From Octopus vulgaris (Eukaryota): 64,000 nucleotides of DNA. Each line of letters starts with the position of its first letter. Within the stretch, counting starts at the first letter, position 1. The stretch covers positions 111,414,001 to 111,478,000 of the forward strand of contig OX597822.1 of assembly GCA_951406725.2 (NCBI GenBank), written 5' to 3'. Of this stretch, positions 11,761 through 25,760 are shown piece after piece. The position numbers and the translations under genes are program-made. Below the pieces are notes generated by a model, which searched no databases, was not told where the DNA came from, and saw only the letters and a list, made by a program, of their open reading frames with translations.

Positions 11761-12497
11761 CAAATCCACACATGCACACACACGCACACACACACACACA
11801 CATACACGCACGCACACATACACACACGCGCGCGCGCGCGCGCGTGCACACCCAAGTTTCGGAATGTGGATGCGTATCTGTAACTCTGATTCCAAGGAAG
11901 GTAATTTGAAATGATTTTACCGCATCCGATGGCCTAGGACTCGACTTCTAATTAACTACGTCTGTCAAATCAATGTTTTCCCTTTCGACAAACCACATTG
12001 AATTCCATTAATCTCCGCTTCACGTTATCATCCTAAATTTCATAATGTCATAATTTCTGATCGTAATTACTATTGCATAACTTGGATTTAAGTCCTTCTA
12101 CTTGAAGGAATTTTCTCATATTCCCTTCCTGGAAACAGAAAAGTTTGTATACCTGCTTCAGACTTTCACCTTTTCACCTTTTCTAGTTCCGCATGGGCAG
12201 CACAATATGAGAATGCTGGAAGTCGCTAACCATGAAATTATTACTAATATAAACCTTCATAAACGTAGGTGCCTGAAACAATTTTACATTCCCTACTTCT
12301 TTATACAGAATCACTCATTATACATACAGAGATACATAAACAGACAGACAGACAGACACACACACACATACACACACACAAACGCACACACACACAAACG
12401 CACACACACAGAGACTAATGCCAACATGCTATTTTTAAGGTAGCAACTGTAAAATTGATTTAATATCATTGTATTATATATTCCTATCGTGTATATA

Positions 12498-13362
12498 TCA
12501 GGTCATACCATAAGTTCTGTCCGAAGTTTGAATAAAGAAAAACAAGTGATCAAATGTTATATTTAATTGAAATTTAATCCTCAATGTACTTTCCCTGATT
12601 ATCTATGACTTCCTTCCCTCTATTTACAAGCTTTTTAATCCCATCAATGTAAAACTCTTTTGGTCTCAAAGCGAAGAACTCTGAAATGTCATTTCGACCT
12701 CCTCCTAGTTTGCGAAAGTTATGTCCCCCACATGATTCTCTAAACTACGAAACAAATGGTATTCTGAATGAGCAAGGTCGGGAGAATAAGGTGAATGAGG
12801 AATATTTTCCCAACCAAGCTCTTCGATCTTCTGTGATGTGATCTTTGCAGTGTGGAGTCGCGCATTGTCCTGATGAAGCATCACTCCTTTTCGATTCACT
12901 AAAGCGGGTCTTTTTTCTTCAAAGCTTGGTTCAAACGCTCTCATTACTGACAGTAGACTTCAGCATTGATTGTTTCATTCGGTAGTAACAATTCAAAGTG
13001 AATTACTCCTTTGTAATCCTACCAGATAGAGAGAAGAACCCTTTTTCCATGAAGTCCCCTACTCAGTTGTGGTTGAGCCTTTTCCCTTTTACCAAGCCAC
13101 TGTTTACGACGTTTAACATTTCGACAGAAGATCCATTTTTCGTCACTAATCACAAGTCTATCGAAAAAGGGTGAAATGAGTTTGCGAGAATGGAGAGAAG
13201 AGCAGATGTCAACTCGGGATTTGCGGTTGCTTTCGGACAATTCATGAGGCACCCATTTTCCAAGTTTAGGAACCTTTCCAAGTTGTTGAAGATGACGATG
13301 AACACTTGTATGGTTTGAACTAAGCTTTATTGCCAATTCTTCAACTGATAATGCAGGATTTT
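12498..13362 (-). mobile_element. Mariner DNA transposon, decayed and 5'-truncated
   Basis: WVPHEL, SDEKW, HQDNAR, SPYSPDLAHSEYHLF motifs in ORFs 13019-13336 and 12705-12944; TA-TCAGGTC terminus at 12498. Confidence 0.9.
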
Positions 13363-13726
13363 GCCAGGTAGAAATTCAAATGACAGGTTATTTGTGTGTA
13401 CGCACGGGCATGAATTGTTGTCTCGTCATGAACACTTAGATCCGTCCGGTGCCGGAGATCACGCTATATCATTGCGCATGCGTTACGAAAAGTCCATAAT
13501 AAAACCTATTTTTAAAAAGTATATTCAAGTTACATACGCATTCACACATGCATACGTACACACACACACACCCAAACACACACGCACGCATATACTTACA
13601 TGTCTATGTGCCTTCAGCCGAAATTGCGAGGATGATCCGGTTCTTGACTGAAGATTAGAGGCTTCGAATGACCCGTCCGTTTTTTATATCGTCTATTTGA
13701 ATGTTTTGCGTTCTTGTCCCATTTTG

Positions 13727-14071
<345 letters not shown>

Positions 14072-14769
14072 CTATATATATATACATGTGAAATATTTTG
14101 ATGGGTTCAATATGGGAAAACTTGTTCACGTAACACATTCCAACATGAAGTAGGACTCGACCTTATTACTGTACTCATACGTTAATTATTTACTCAGAAA
14201 TTCCTCCTTGAATCGAAATGGACTTCGCTAATATTGAATTTCGTCTGTAGAAAGAAATGAAAGCATTCTACCAAGCACCTCTAACTGTGAAATCATTGTA
14301 TTGTCCTATAAATGATTTTTGGGAAAAAAAAAAATTATATCCGACGCAGGTGTATTGATATTGAATATTGTGCTTAACACCGCCACCAAGTAACACTGTC
14401 TTGTCTCGTTAAGTATAAAGTTGTTTTCATTTAAATTCTAACTCTGCCAATTAAGTTAAAATATGTTCCAGATGTTTTCACGGAATGATGTTGATGTTTG
14501 CAAATAAATAAATGTTTTCAAACACACACACACACACACAAACACACACTGACAGAGACACAGGCAGACAGACAAACATACACACACTCACACACGCACA
14601 CACACATACACACATATATGTATGCGTATGTAAGAGGCAGACAAGACGTCATGTGAAGGCTTCAAAATAATATTTTATTTATTAATATTTTGTTTTATTA
14701 TTATGAATTATTTTATTTTATTAATATCTTATGTATAAATGTTTTATTTTATTATGATTTTGCTCTTTC

Positions 14770-14980
14770 GATTTCACGCACGGTAGGGCGGCGGAGACGC
14801 GGGCGACCGGCGCACGCCTGCCGCCGCTACCTCGTGCTAGCCGCAGTTTGTCATCTTTCGGGATTTTACAGGACGGACCACGTCGCCGTATCGACCGCGT
14901 GTATCTCGTGAACGCCTTCCGGCATCGGTGGCGGCTACGTCCACGCGTACGTGGGTCATACCGCGAGCTTAGGTTCGTTC
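14770..14980. other. Isolated GC/CpG-rich segment with long hairpin and Arg-rich minus-strand ORF
   Basis: Strong compositional contrast with flanks; GCACG-GTAG-GGCGGCGG...CTGCCGCC-G-CTAC-CT-CGTGC stem; ORF 14721-14996. Confidence 0.5.
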
Positions 14981-16391
14981 TTTTATTATATGACATTATA
15001 TGCTATGAGTAACCTTGAAAATAATTCCACGGGTAAACATTTTGTAGATGGCTGAAAGTTTATAGAGAATCATAGAATTTTATTTGAAACTACCTTAAAA
15101 GCCGAACACTGTGCAGACACATCCGTTAGTTTCTGCAGAGGGCCTGCAACCCAAAAATGAAGACAGCTAAATAGCATGACTATAAACTATAATACGTCTA
15201 TAGTGACTATATGCTGCGGTGTTGTTTTATCAGAGGTTAAGGATCGATGAGAATTATTTCTGCAATGAAATCATTCTATTGTTCCAGTCCGAAGCTGAAT
15301 TCCAACTGTTGGCCAGTTTCTCCCAAAGTATTTATCTCGGCGTAAAAGTAACTTGGTGAAGATCTTTCGTCTCCCCCTTGATCTCTGATGTCGTCTGACA
15401 AGGACGAAATAAAATGGCGTGAATCAGATAAGTTTTACCAATTAGAAATAGCAACTCAAATGCTTTAAATTCAGATCCCAAATGCTGAATATTCAAGAAC
15501 CAAATGAAGGGAAAATTTGCAATTCCAGCATCATCCAGATTCCTAGTAGTTTATATCAATGTAAATTGTGAAACGGAGGCCCCAAACGGACAGACAGAAC
15601 TTCGCTTTCATTGATATAGATTGTATATTCTGTATTACTTGCATCTAAGAAAACCTTACAGTTGTTCTGCATAAGGCTATGAGTGAAGGAACATGATTTC
15701 CCCATTCGATTAGTAGTATAAAGCTTCATTTAGAAATAGAAGGGTTTCACAATTATTACAGAGAATATTCATGTTACCAATGTAACATTCCATTATATGC
15801 TTACAACTTTTGGAAGTTCTCTCTCATTTTCAGTTACTATTGTATCTCGAAGTCGTTATTTTATCTACTGTAATTACTCATTGCATTCACATTCATTCAT
15901 ATTTTCCTCCTAATTTGCTCCTCCTGTGCCTCTCCTGGTGACTCGACCCTATGCTTCTCTTTAAGCCGTTGCCTATACCGTCTCATTTTTTTCTATTGTT
16001 ACCTTACACCGTCTGTCATCCATATTTTATACACAAATATCAATTTTCAAGAGAGCAGACGATAAATCATTGCTCTTATGCGCATGCGTAAATTTAGTTA
16101 CATAAAAAATATACTTTTTGCTATCCACTCACCAGCACACCAGCAGCACTAGTACCACCAGCACCACCAGCTCCAGCACCATTGCCACCGCCGTCATTAT
16201 CATCAGCATCTTCTACTCCACCATCCCCCTACAATCATCATCATTATACTTTTCAGTAGCAAACCTCCGTTCATATTATCTGCCAGCCAAGGTTATATTC
16301 ATTTCATATCAGTTCAGTTCAGCTGTTAGGTTATATCTATTTTTTTCCTGCTGTCGATGCATCTATCTAGTCTGACTATACAAGGTTCAAA

Positions 16392-16718
16392 GTGAGGACG
16401 CGTGGCTTAGTGGTTAGGGCATTCGGCTCATGATCGTAAGGTTGTGAGTTCGATTCCCGGCGACGCGTTGTGTCCTTGAGCAAGACACTTTATTTCACGT
16501 TGCTTCAGTCCACTCAGCTGGCAAAAATGAGTTGTACTTGTATTTCAAAGGGTCAGCCTTGTCACTCTCTGTGTCACGCTGATTATCCCCGAGAACTACG
16601 TTAAGGGTACACGTGTCTGTGGAATTCTCAGCTATTTGCACGTTAATTTCACGAGCAAGCTGTTCCGTTGATCGTATCAGCTGGGACCCTCGTCGTCGTA
16701 ACCGGCGGAGTCTTTAAA
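16392..16718 (+). mobile_element. tRNA-derived SINE, family B1, with 12-bp TSD
   Basis: A box TGGCTTAGTGG, B box AGTTCGATTCC; TSD ACAAGGTTCAAA at 16380-16391 and 16719-16730; 3' half shared with 27893-28272. Confidence 0.9.
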
Positions 16719-16989
16719 ACAAGGTTCAAATAACACATTTAAGAAAGTAAACATCCACGGCTATTTTGCTAAGTTATTTCAATTTCAATAAAATATCTAT
16801 CTTTCTATCCATGTTAAGTTTAATATTTTACTTAATCTTCTTTCTACCGCCCTTCCATTGATGTATTTGCAAATGCAGATAAATAAATAAAGAAAAAAAA
16901 CTAGAAAAGCACTCGGAGAATCTGCAATAAATGTGAAAATATTACTAATCAGCAATCGGCACAATTAAGAAGATAATCTAAAGTTAGTT

Positions 16990-17501
16990 ACTCTCTTTTT
17001 ACTCTTTTACTTGTTTCAGTCATTTGACTGCGGCCATGCTGGAGCACCGCCTTTAGTCGAGCAAATCGACCCCGGGACTTATTCTTTGGAAGCCCTTTAC
17101 ACAACATTTTCACATTCTCCTTTTACTTGTTTCAGTCATTTGACTGCGGCTATGCTGGAGCACCGCCTTTAGTGGAGCAAATCGACCCCGGGACTTATTC
17201 TTTGGAAGCCCAGTACTTATTCTATCGGTCTCTTTTGCCGAACCGCTAAGTTATGGGAACGTAAACACACCAGCATCGGTTGTCAAGCAATGCTAGAGGG
17301 ACAAACACATACACACATACACATATATACATATATACAACAGGCTTCTTTCAGTTTCCGTCTACCAAATCCACTCACAAGGCATTGGTCGGCCCGGGGC
17401 CATAACAGAAGACACTTGCCCAAGATGCCACGCAGTGGGACTGAACCCGGAACCATGTGGTTGGTTAGCAAGCTACTTACCACACAGCCACTCCTGCGCC
17501 T
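16990..17501 (-). mobile_element. SINE family A with duplicated 3' end
   Basis: Reverse complement of family A; ~16995-17094 repeats ~17118-17211. Confidence 0.9.
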
Positions 17502-18159
17502 ATAGTTGACAATCTATTTCTAATTATATATTCAGATTAATTTTAATACATTACCAATCCAAAATCCGTCTAATCCTTTGTTTTAATTGAATGTGTCAAA
17601 GTCGATAACCTCATTTTCGTGTTAATTAATTTCCTTCCGATTTGTTTTCGTATTGTGTTGTGTAAAACGGGTGCTTCTAAAATTACTTATTTTCACAATG
17701 CTAGACATCATTGTAAATAAAATTCATTGATATTCATGAAAGAGAACGGAGAATTGAGGACGTTGACACAGCGTTTGATACATGTTTGAAAAGACAATGC
17801 TCGCTTTTCACTATTCAGGATCTGGGACATCTCAAAGGAGCATGAAATATTTTCAACATTATCACAAACTTTGGAGCCTATTCTTAACAATGAACATGAT
17901 GTAGGTTACAGAAAATCTACTGCATATTACGTCCAACTATTTCATGCACAAAACTTGATAACTTGTTTTGAAAGGGAATTTCAGTTAATAGAAAATTCCA
18001 TTATGGATATTGAATATATTGCATTAGGGAATAACAAATGCATCGTATGCGTATGTTGGCAAAATTTTCTGCACGAAAGAAAAAAATTAAGAGTAAACTT
18101 GCGTTCAATTAATGGAGCTAACTTCGAGTGTAAATCGAAGAAATCTACGTCACTTCTGT

Positions 18160-18370
18160 ATATGAGTTCCAAATTCGGGCTCAAGGTCAGACGGGAGGGG
18201 TACGTCGTTTACATCAACCCTAATACTCAGCTGTTACTTGTTTCCTCGACTCCAAAGGATGAAAGGCAAAGTCGACCTCGACGAAATTTGAACTCAGAAG
18301 GTGAGGACTGGCGACATGCTGCTAAAGGATTTTGACAGTGTGCTAACTATTATGCCAGCTGGCCACCTTA
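18160..18370 (-). mobile_element. SINE family C (Nin-domain-like), diverged
   Basis: AAGGATGAAAGGCAAAGTCGACCTCG..ATTTGAACTCAG matches other family C copies. Confidence 0.7.
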
Positions 18371-18849
18371 ACATTTCCATGTATTGCACAACATTTTCGC
18401 ATTCTCCTTTTATTTCAACGAAATGTATGGAAACGTGTCCATCCACAAAGGGAATAACCTTTATAGGCATTTAAAACTGAATATCTTCGATTGAATTCCA
18501 CTTCTATATTACGGAAACAATCACAATTACTGTTATAATCTTAGTAGTGCTCTCAAAATGAAATATTATTTCAGATTGTAGATCCATACCATTAATTTCT
18601 AGAATAAAATCTTCCAGGAAGGAGTGATTCGTTGCCATTGACATATTTGAAGGCGATAATAACCAATTATATACACCATCAAATATACTAGCTTTATCTA
18701 ATGTTAAATTAAGCTTACCATTATTATATTTATTACATATAATTTAAGGAATGCATCAATATTTTCTTTCTTAAAGCAAACAATAGTTTCGTTTTGAGAA
18801 CAATGCGTATTTTCTAGATTAATAAGATATTGAAGGTTGTTGTCTTAAT

Positions 18850-19400
18850 CTATGGAGGGATGCTTCCCCTTGTTCATGAGGTCAATCTCTTTTCATTTCC
18901 CCTTGGAAGGTAAATCGTATGAACTAGGAGCTATTAAGGATAATTTCCAGGATGTCTTGGCCTGGCAGTGATACAGTGGAGTATCAATGGTTCGAAATAA
19001 ATTTACAGGCATGAAATTCTGCCGGGTGGGACTGTAGGAGATGCAAGCTAAGTACAAAAGAATCTGTTGTGCTGGATCACGTGCAGTACCCGAGTTCCGC
19101 TGACGCGTGGAATTTCGTTGAATAGTACTTTTCACGTGTAGGGTCAATTCGGGTATCAGATGAGATTATCTTCGGGAAAGCCCCCACCATCTACATTTAG
19201 GTGCTGTTTTCCTGAATGGAAGCAAAGGCTAAAGTGTCTGTGTGGTAAAGGAAATTGAAAGGATTGAGGACAGACTCCTTCCACTTCGGTGAAGCCCTCA
19301 ACAAGCTGTTCAAATTCCATTTTGTGGAAAAGTGAGGGTGAACAGGGAAGTGTTGTCACTCAGCTAATCAGTCAAACGATTGGCAAGTGTTGCAAAAAGA
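18850..19400 (+). mobile_element. Decayed Tx1/L1-clade LINE 3' fragment
   Basis: Broken translation LAWQ*YSGVSMVRNKF..CRRC..AWNFVE..VGSIRVS is collinear with 23872-25052 (LTWQCYREALPVRKRL..CPRC..WAYV..GRIRLS). Confidence 0.55.
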
Positions 19401-20687
19401 TTTACTCTTATGCAGGAATGAGTGCCTTTGTTCTCAAGATGATCCTGAATATGTGGGATTCCTCGACAGGATCAAAGTGGCGGCTCTACTCTATCAAGAG
19501 AACGGAATTATCCACGTGTTCACTTATTTTGAATACTGCGTATACTATTTTCTATCTCATTTCTCCTTCTGTCCCTTTTCTTTTGTTTTTTTTATGCAAA
19601 ACTCCTTCAATGTAAATTATCAATGTAATATCCCCATCATTGATGCTCCAATGGTTGACATAAAACGACATCCGTCTCTATTTCTAGTATTAGTAGTTGT
19701 GCTTCAGAAAGTACTAAAGTATTATGACTTCTATATCTGAACTCAATGCAGGCGAAACAGTATGGGATGAACAATCAACAAAAGTTTTCCCAGAGTGCCA
19801 TATCAAGTAAGAAATAATTTTTAAACCAGGCGTTGCTCTTTGGGCTGGGAATTGCTTGAGGATTTCTATAGTCATGTTTTGAAAAGTATGTGGTTCTATT
19901 TCTTTGTCCCATAGAAAGATCAAGTTCAATTAATCAACACCTAAAAAAGTTTCATTGTAGCTAATGGAATTTTATATAATCCATGAAATTCCACAGCTAA
20001 GTGTATTTTAAATAACTCTGACTTTCGTACAAATACTTTCAGTAAAATTATTTACATTCATTACCATCATTTCTATCTTTAACTCGATCGACCATTTTGT
20101 ATTATTTCAATGAAGTTTTAGAATAGATGTTTTGTTACAGAAACCTAAGCTCACTGAGATGTTGGCCGCTATTACTAATCCTGATTGAATATCTACGTTA
20201 AAACACATTTAGTCCCAAAAATCAAACGCCATTTTTCTCAATCAGGAAAAAAAAAAGTCTGAACAAAACAACACAGAATAATACAGAAATGTACTTATAG
20301 AATTAGCAAAATTTTGCTGGATTATATGCCAAGAGAAATATATCAAAAGAAGCCGATGATGAATTATAAAAATTATTCAGGGTAGCACGGTATTTCTTTT
20401 AGAAACTTTTGAGTAGGTACTTTAAATAGAACAAGCAAGGAACAAAGTCAGTTGGTCATAAGACGAAGACAAATGTTATAGGATAATCTGTCTCGGCTAG
20501 ACATGGTCAGCAATCAATCAGTAAGATTTATTACCTACTTATCATGATAATATATCAAAATGTGATTTAGATGGCAACAGATAATCTTGGCATTGCCTTC
20601 TTTTGTACTATTCTTGAAAAATGAATAAGGAACAATAACTATATCCTGGTGTGTTTCGTGTAAATTCTGTGTACAAACATTGAATGA

Positions 20688-21130
<443 letters not shown>

Positions 21131-21315
21131 TTATATCATTTGTTTTCACGTCATGTTACATATAAAAGCAATTTATCATTGATATGAGGATTACTAAACA
21201 CTTTTTATATAGAGTGTTTTTTCTAGAGTACATATACATGTTAATTTTACAAGTGTTTGCGCATTTGTGTATATATAATATATATTACACAAATACACAC
21301 ACACACGCGTATACA

Positions 21316-21722
21316 GGATTGGCTGTGGTAAGAAGCAAGCTTCGCAACAACATGGTTCCAGGTTCAGTTCTACTGCGTGGCACATTGGCCAGGTGTCTTC
21401 TACTTTAGCCTCGGGCCAACCAAAGCGTTGTGAGTGGATTAGTTAGGCGGAAACTGAAAGAGCCCCGTCATATACATATATATGTGTATGTGTATTTGTG
21501 TGTTTATGCTTATCCCCCACCCTCGCTTGACAACTGATGCTGGTGTGTTTAGTCCCCGTAAACTAGCGGTTCGGCACAAGCAACTGATAGAGTAAGTACT
21601 TGGATTACAAAGTAATAGAATAAGATAGAATAAAAGTCATGGCGTCGATTTGTTCGACCAAAGGCGGTGCTCCAGCATGGCCGCTGTCAGGTGACTGAAA
21701 CAAGTAAAAGAATAAAAGAAAA
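21316..21722 (+). mobile_element. SINE family A
   Basis: Similarity to 2657-3063 along full length. Confidence 0.85.
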
Positions 21723-21748
21723 GAATCTGCAACCATATGTATATATGT

Positions 21749-21783
<35 letters not shown>

Positions 21784-22751
21784 CTTACATATTCATGTAT
21801 GTATATATGTATGTATATATGTATCTGTGTGTGTATATATATATGCATATATGTGTGTGTGCATGTATATTCATATCGATTTCTTTGAAGACAACTTTTG
21901 TAGACAGGTGCTTCATTGTTGCGAATCGAAATGAAATAATTTTTTAAACAAGTATCTGCTACAGAATAATAATTCACCGTAACTGCTTAGTTAAACTTTG
22001 CCCTGTATGTGTTGGTCGTATATCAAAAATCCTGGAATATGTATCTTTATGAATACATCATATTTTAAGGAATTTATACTCCTTAAGAGTTGCCATTGTT
22101 CATTACTCAATATCAGAAACGAAACGGATGGATGCATTCTGTTAAAGTCTACTTAAGGGCGATATAATTTTTTCTATTTACTTATATAATAAATCGGAGA
22201 AATTACGTACAATTACAAACATTTTTCTTGTCTGTCAAGCAAAGATGACATTATGGCCAACACTATCTTTCGATATTCAATGGAACGTAGCATATATCGC
22301 CTACTGTTAATAAAATAATGTGTTATATGGTAAATTTAGTTTTATATCTTCTTTCACACTAGAAAGTCATGCAACATTTATTATGCTAGTTAACGAAATA
22401 TAATTTAACTTAATATAAGCCATAGTACTAGATCAATTGATGTCATTGTGTTATTATGTACATTTATAATTTACTTTACTAAGTTCATTATCAAACGAAA
22501 CATAGTCTCTTTGAAGAGTGAATGAGACTATGAAAATTACAGGGACACAAATGAATCGAGTGAGATATAGATGAAAGAACATTTAGCAAGTCAAACATGA
22601 TGGTCCAAGGTTAAGTTGATACACGTCCTACTCTAAACACATTATTTCTGTTAGTGCAAGCTACATCTTACAATATGGGGAAAGTAACAGCAAATACCAA
22701 ATATCAAAAGTGTACTACACGTTCTCTTTCCTCACGGTATATCATAAATAA

Positions 22752-22985
22752 GGCGGCGAGTTGGCAGAAACGTTAGCACGCCGGGCGAAATGTTTAGCAG
22801 TATTTCGTCTGCTGCTACCTTCTGAGTTCAAATTCCGCTGAGGTAGACTTTGCCTTTCATCCTTTCGGGGTCGATTAAATAAGTACCAGTTACGAACTGG
22901 GGTCGATGTAATCGACTTAATCCCTTTGTCTGTCCTTGTTTGTCCCCTCTATGTTTGGCCCCTTGTGGGTAGTAAAGAAATAGGT
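22752..22985 (+). mobile_element. SINE family C (Nin-domain-like)
   Basis: GGCGGCGAGTTGGCAGAAACGTTAGC head, GAGTTCAAATTCC B box, GCCTTTCATCCTTTCGGGGTCGAT core; CATAAATAA repeated on both flanks. Confidence 0.85.
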
Positions 22986-23840
22986 ATGACATAAATAATT
23001 CTTTGGAAGGTGTACAAAGTGGTTAATTTAACTCGACCGAAATCTATGTAAATAAATAATAGGAATTACTTATTGAGTAAAAAATGATTTTACATATTAA
23101 ATTCATGCTTTCTAATAGATATATTGAGTGGACATTTTAGGTTTATTTATCTAGCGGAATCGACTAATCCTGTTAAGAATCTACACCTGTGATACATAAC
23201 CCATAAGAAGAGATGCAATCAGTGAAACAGGTATATAATGAATGTGTAAATTAAGCATATTTAAGCTGTTATACAGCAAGGCAAGCAATTTTGTGGGAAG
23301 GTTAATCAATAAGATCGAACTGAATGCTTCACTGTACCAATTTTATCGACATTGAAAGTGATGAAATGCAAAGTCGACCCCGGTGTTGGGAGAAATGCCA
23401 ATAAGCATTTCCTCTGGCACGGTAACGATCCTGCAAGCTTGCTATCTTTGAATTGTTATTGTTTCGGGAGTACAATTTCCCTTGTAAAATACATTTTTAA
23501 TGAGGAATTGCGCATTCATCGCAATGTGTACGTTAACAAGAACTCATTCTATAGAACAAAAATCAAAGGAGCAAATATTCTGCCATTCATGTTTTCACAC
23601 ACATACATACACACACACACATGCACACACATATTCAGGTGTGTTTGCATATGTATGAGTATGTGCGTGTGTGTGTGTGTGTGTGTGTGTGCGTGTGTGT
23701 GTGTATGTGTATTTGTGTATGTATTGCATGTATTCATTCATATGCAAAATACATATAATCAATTGGTTTGTAAAAATATCTACAAATCACTCACTCATTC
23801 CTTCTGTATCTCCAGATGTAAGCATATACCCTACCATGTC

Positions 23841-23871
<31 letters not shown>

Positions 23872-25052
23872 GGCATGCTTGATGATACGCAGACATGCGC
23901 TGAAACTGTCACATCGCAAGCGCTTTGTAGACGACAGTGAACAGGTGTGGTCACCGTTTGAGAGACGCGCCTTCCTGCAACTCGTCTTTTTAGTCGAACT
24001 GCAGTCATAGATGAAACAGAGACCTAGGCTACGCTAATGGCACAGCGAGTGTCGCTATGCTCTCGAGTAACCCTGCTGTCCAGGATCAAACTTGTGAAAC
24101 TCTACCTCCACAAAAGCGTTTTATAGGGAATTAGTGGAGGGGAGATGTGACGACGCCATTGGGGAGAGCCTGGGCGTCGACGAAGAACACCTGACCCGCT
24201 TCTTCAGGCCAACATTCAAGCCGGGACCTTTGGACAATCACCAGAGATCCCTGACCTGGCAGTGCTATCGGGAAGCATTGCCTGTTCGAAAAAGGCTCTA
24301 AAGACACGGTTCAAGAAACACCGAGTTGATCTGCCCTAGATGCGGTCATAGCGACAAAACTGTTCTGCATGCACTCAAGCAGTGTCCAACGATTTCAGAC
24401 CCGTGGGCTTATGTCACGTGTAGGACGAATTCGATTATCAGCCGAGTCTATGTCGAATATTGCCCCGCCACCTTCCTTTAAACAGGAAGGCAGAGCAGTT
24501 TTCACCATACTTGTGACTAAGATGTAAGAATGTGTATGGTGGACGCGTTTGAAAGTTTAGAAACAAACACTTTCCTCTCTGCAACTTTTTCAAGTACCAT
24601 TTGAAAAGGAAGGTGAGAATACAGAGTGAAACTTTGTCTCATGAAACTTTCAATAAAAGGTGGGTTAATGTTGCAAAGATTGTGCGCTTGAATGATGAAA
24701 CCACTTTCAGCATGATCCTTTAAATCCAAGACAAAGAGAGAGAGAAAGTGAGAGAGAGGGAGAGAAAGAGAGAGAGTGAGAGAGAGAGAGAAAGCACTTT
24801 GCTCTCATATGTTCTGTCCCTTCCTGAGGTTACCGTGGTCTTTTTCGTAGGCTTTTATTTCCAGGGGTAAACCAATTCAATATTACATTTTTACTTTCCC
24901 TTTTGGGAACTCTTATAAAAGGAACATTGTTATTTCTCTGTTTACACATCCCAAACGCTTTCGATCCCTATTGATCGTTTTTTTTTGTCTTTTCGAAACG
25001 TTCTACATTGTATTGCCCCCTCTCTGTTCGGCCCTGCGTGGCTAATAAAGAA
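23872..25052 (+). mobile_element. Tx1/L1-clade LINE 3' portion inserted in (TCTA)n
   Basis: zf-RVT/CCHC-like RSLTWQCYREALPVRKRL..ICPRCGHSDKTVLHALKQCP; 3' UTR ending AATAAAGAA; (TCTA)n on both sides. Confidence 0.8.
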
Positions 25053-25090
<38 letters not shown>

Positions 25091-25269
25091 AAATTGTAGA
25101 AGATAGAGTCAACAAGAAGGAGTATTTTTTTAATCACTACAAATGTTTCCATACAACATAATTCTTCATATATAATTCTAAGTGTGAACGAGTTCTATAC
25201 TGATATTAATAGGTTGAAGGAGGGGGTTTTCTTCTTGCTGTTCGTCCATAATACCCAAGCTTATACAGA

Positions 25270-25703
25270 TATGTAACACACGTTCTTCGACTAACGTCTA
25301 GCTGTTTTGCAATGTAAGGAGCCTTCGAACGGGGTACGTTTTCCACAATTCTCTTCAAGGACCCAGGTCAGCCAGGACGAGAATCTGTTGATTCGGTTCC
25401 ATGGCTTTTGAATTGTACTATAATTCTATTAACAGTAGGGAGAGGAATTTGGAGATTTTCTGCAATTTTTCGCTGGCTAAGACCAGCCTCAGATTGCCCA
25501 ATAATATAACCTCTTTCAAAATCTGACAGTTCTGCTGAATTTTTGTTTTTGTGTGGCATGGTTACTCTTCGCAAATGTTTTAAGTAATAGCACCTAGAAA
25601 GAAAAGGAATAATTACATTGTAAATCCTACACCGTTAAAAACATATTAAGACGCTTAGATCAGAAATTTCGAACATTGAAGGTGTGTATTTACTTCCTGG
25701 GTG

Positions 25704-25707
<4 letters not shown>
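25270..25707 (-). mobile_element. Tc1-like transposon 5' fragment
   Basis: HTH ELSDFERGYIIG..GLSQRKIAENLQIPLPTVNRII..RPG; TA-CAGACACCC terminus abutting (TA)n. Confidence 0.8.

Positions 25708-25760
<53 letters not shown>

Noticed and set aside
15388-15420. CTGACAAGGACGAAA hammerhead-like string
   Set aside because: No stem III or UH cleavage site next to the putative stem I, and G8 is absent
16393-16470. tRNA genes at SINE heads (also 27893, 61753)
   Set aside because: No complete cloverleaf; they continue into SINE bodies with tails and TSDs
16900-16925. Helentron/Helitron-like terminal strings (also 15585-15620)
   Set aside because: Short single ends with no partner terminus visible
17871-18335. 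154-aa ORF
   Set aside because: Non-ATG start, runs into an antisense SINE, no recognisable domain
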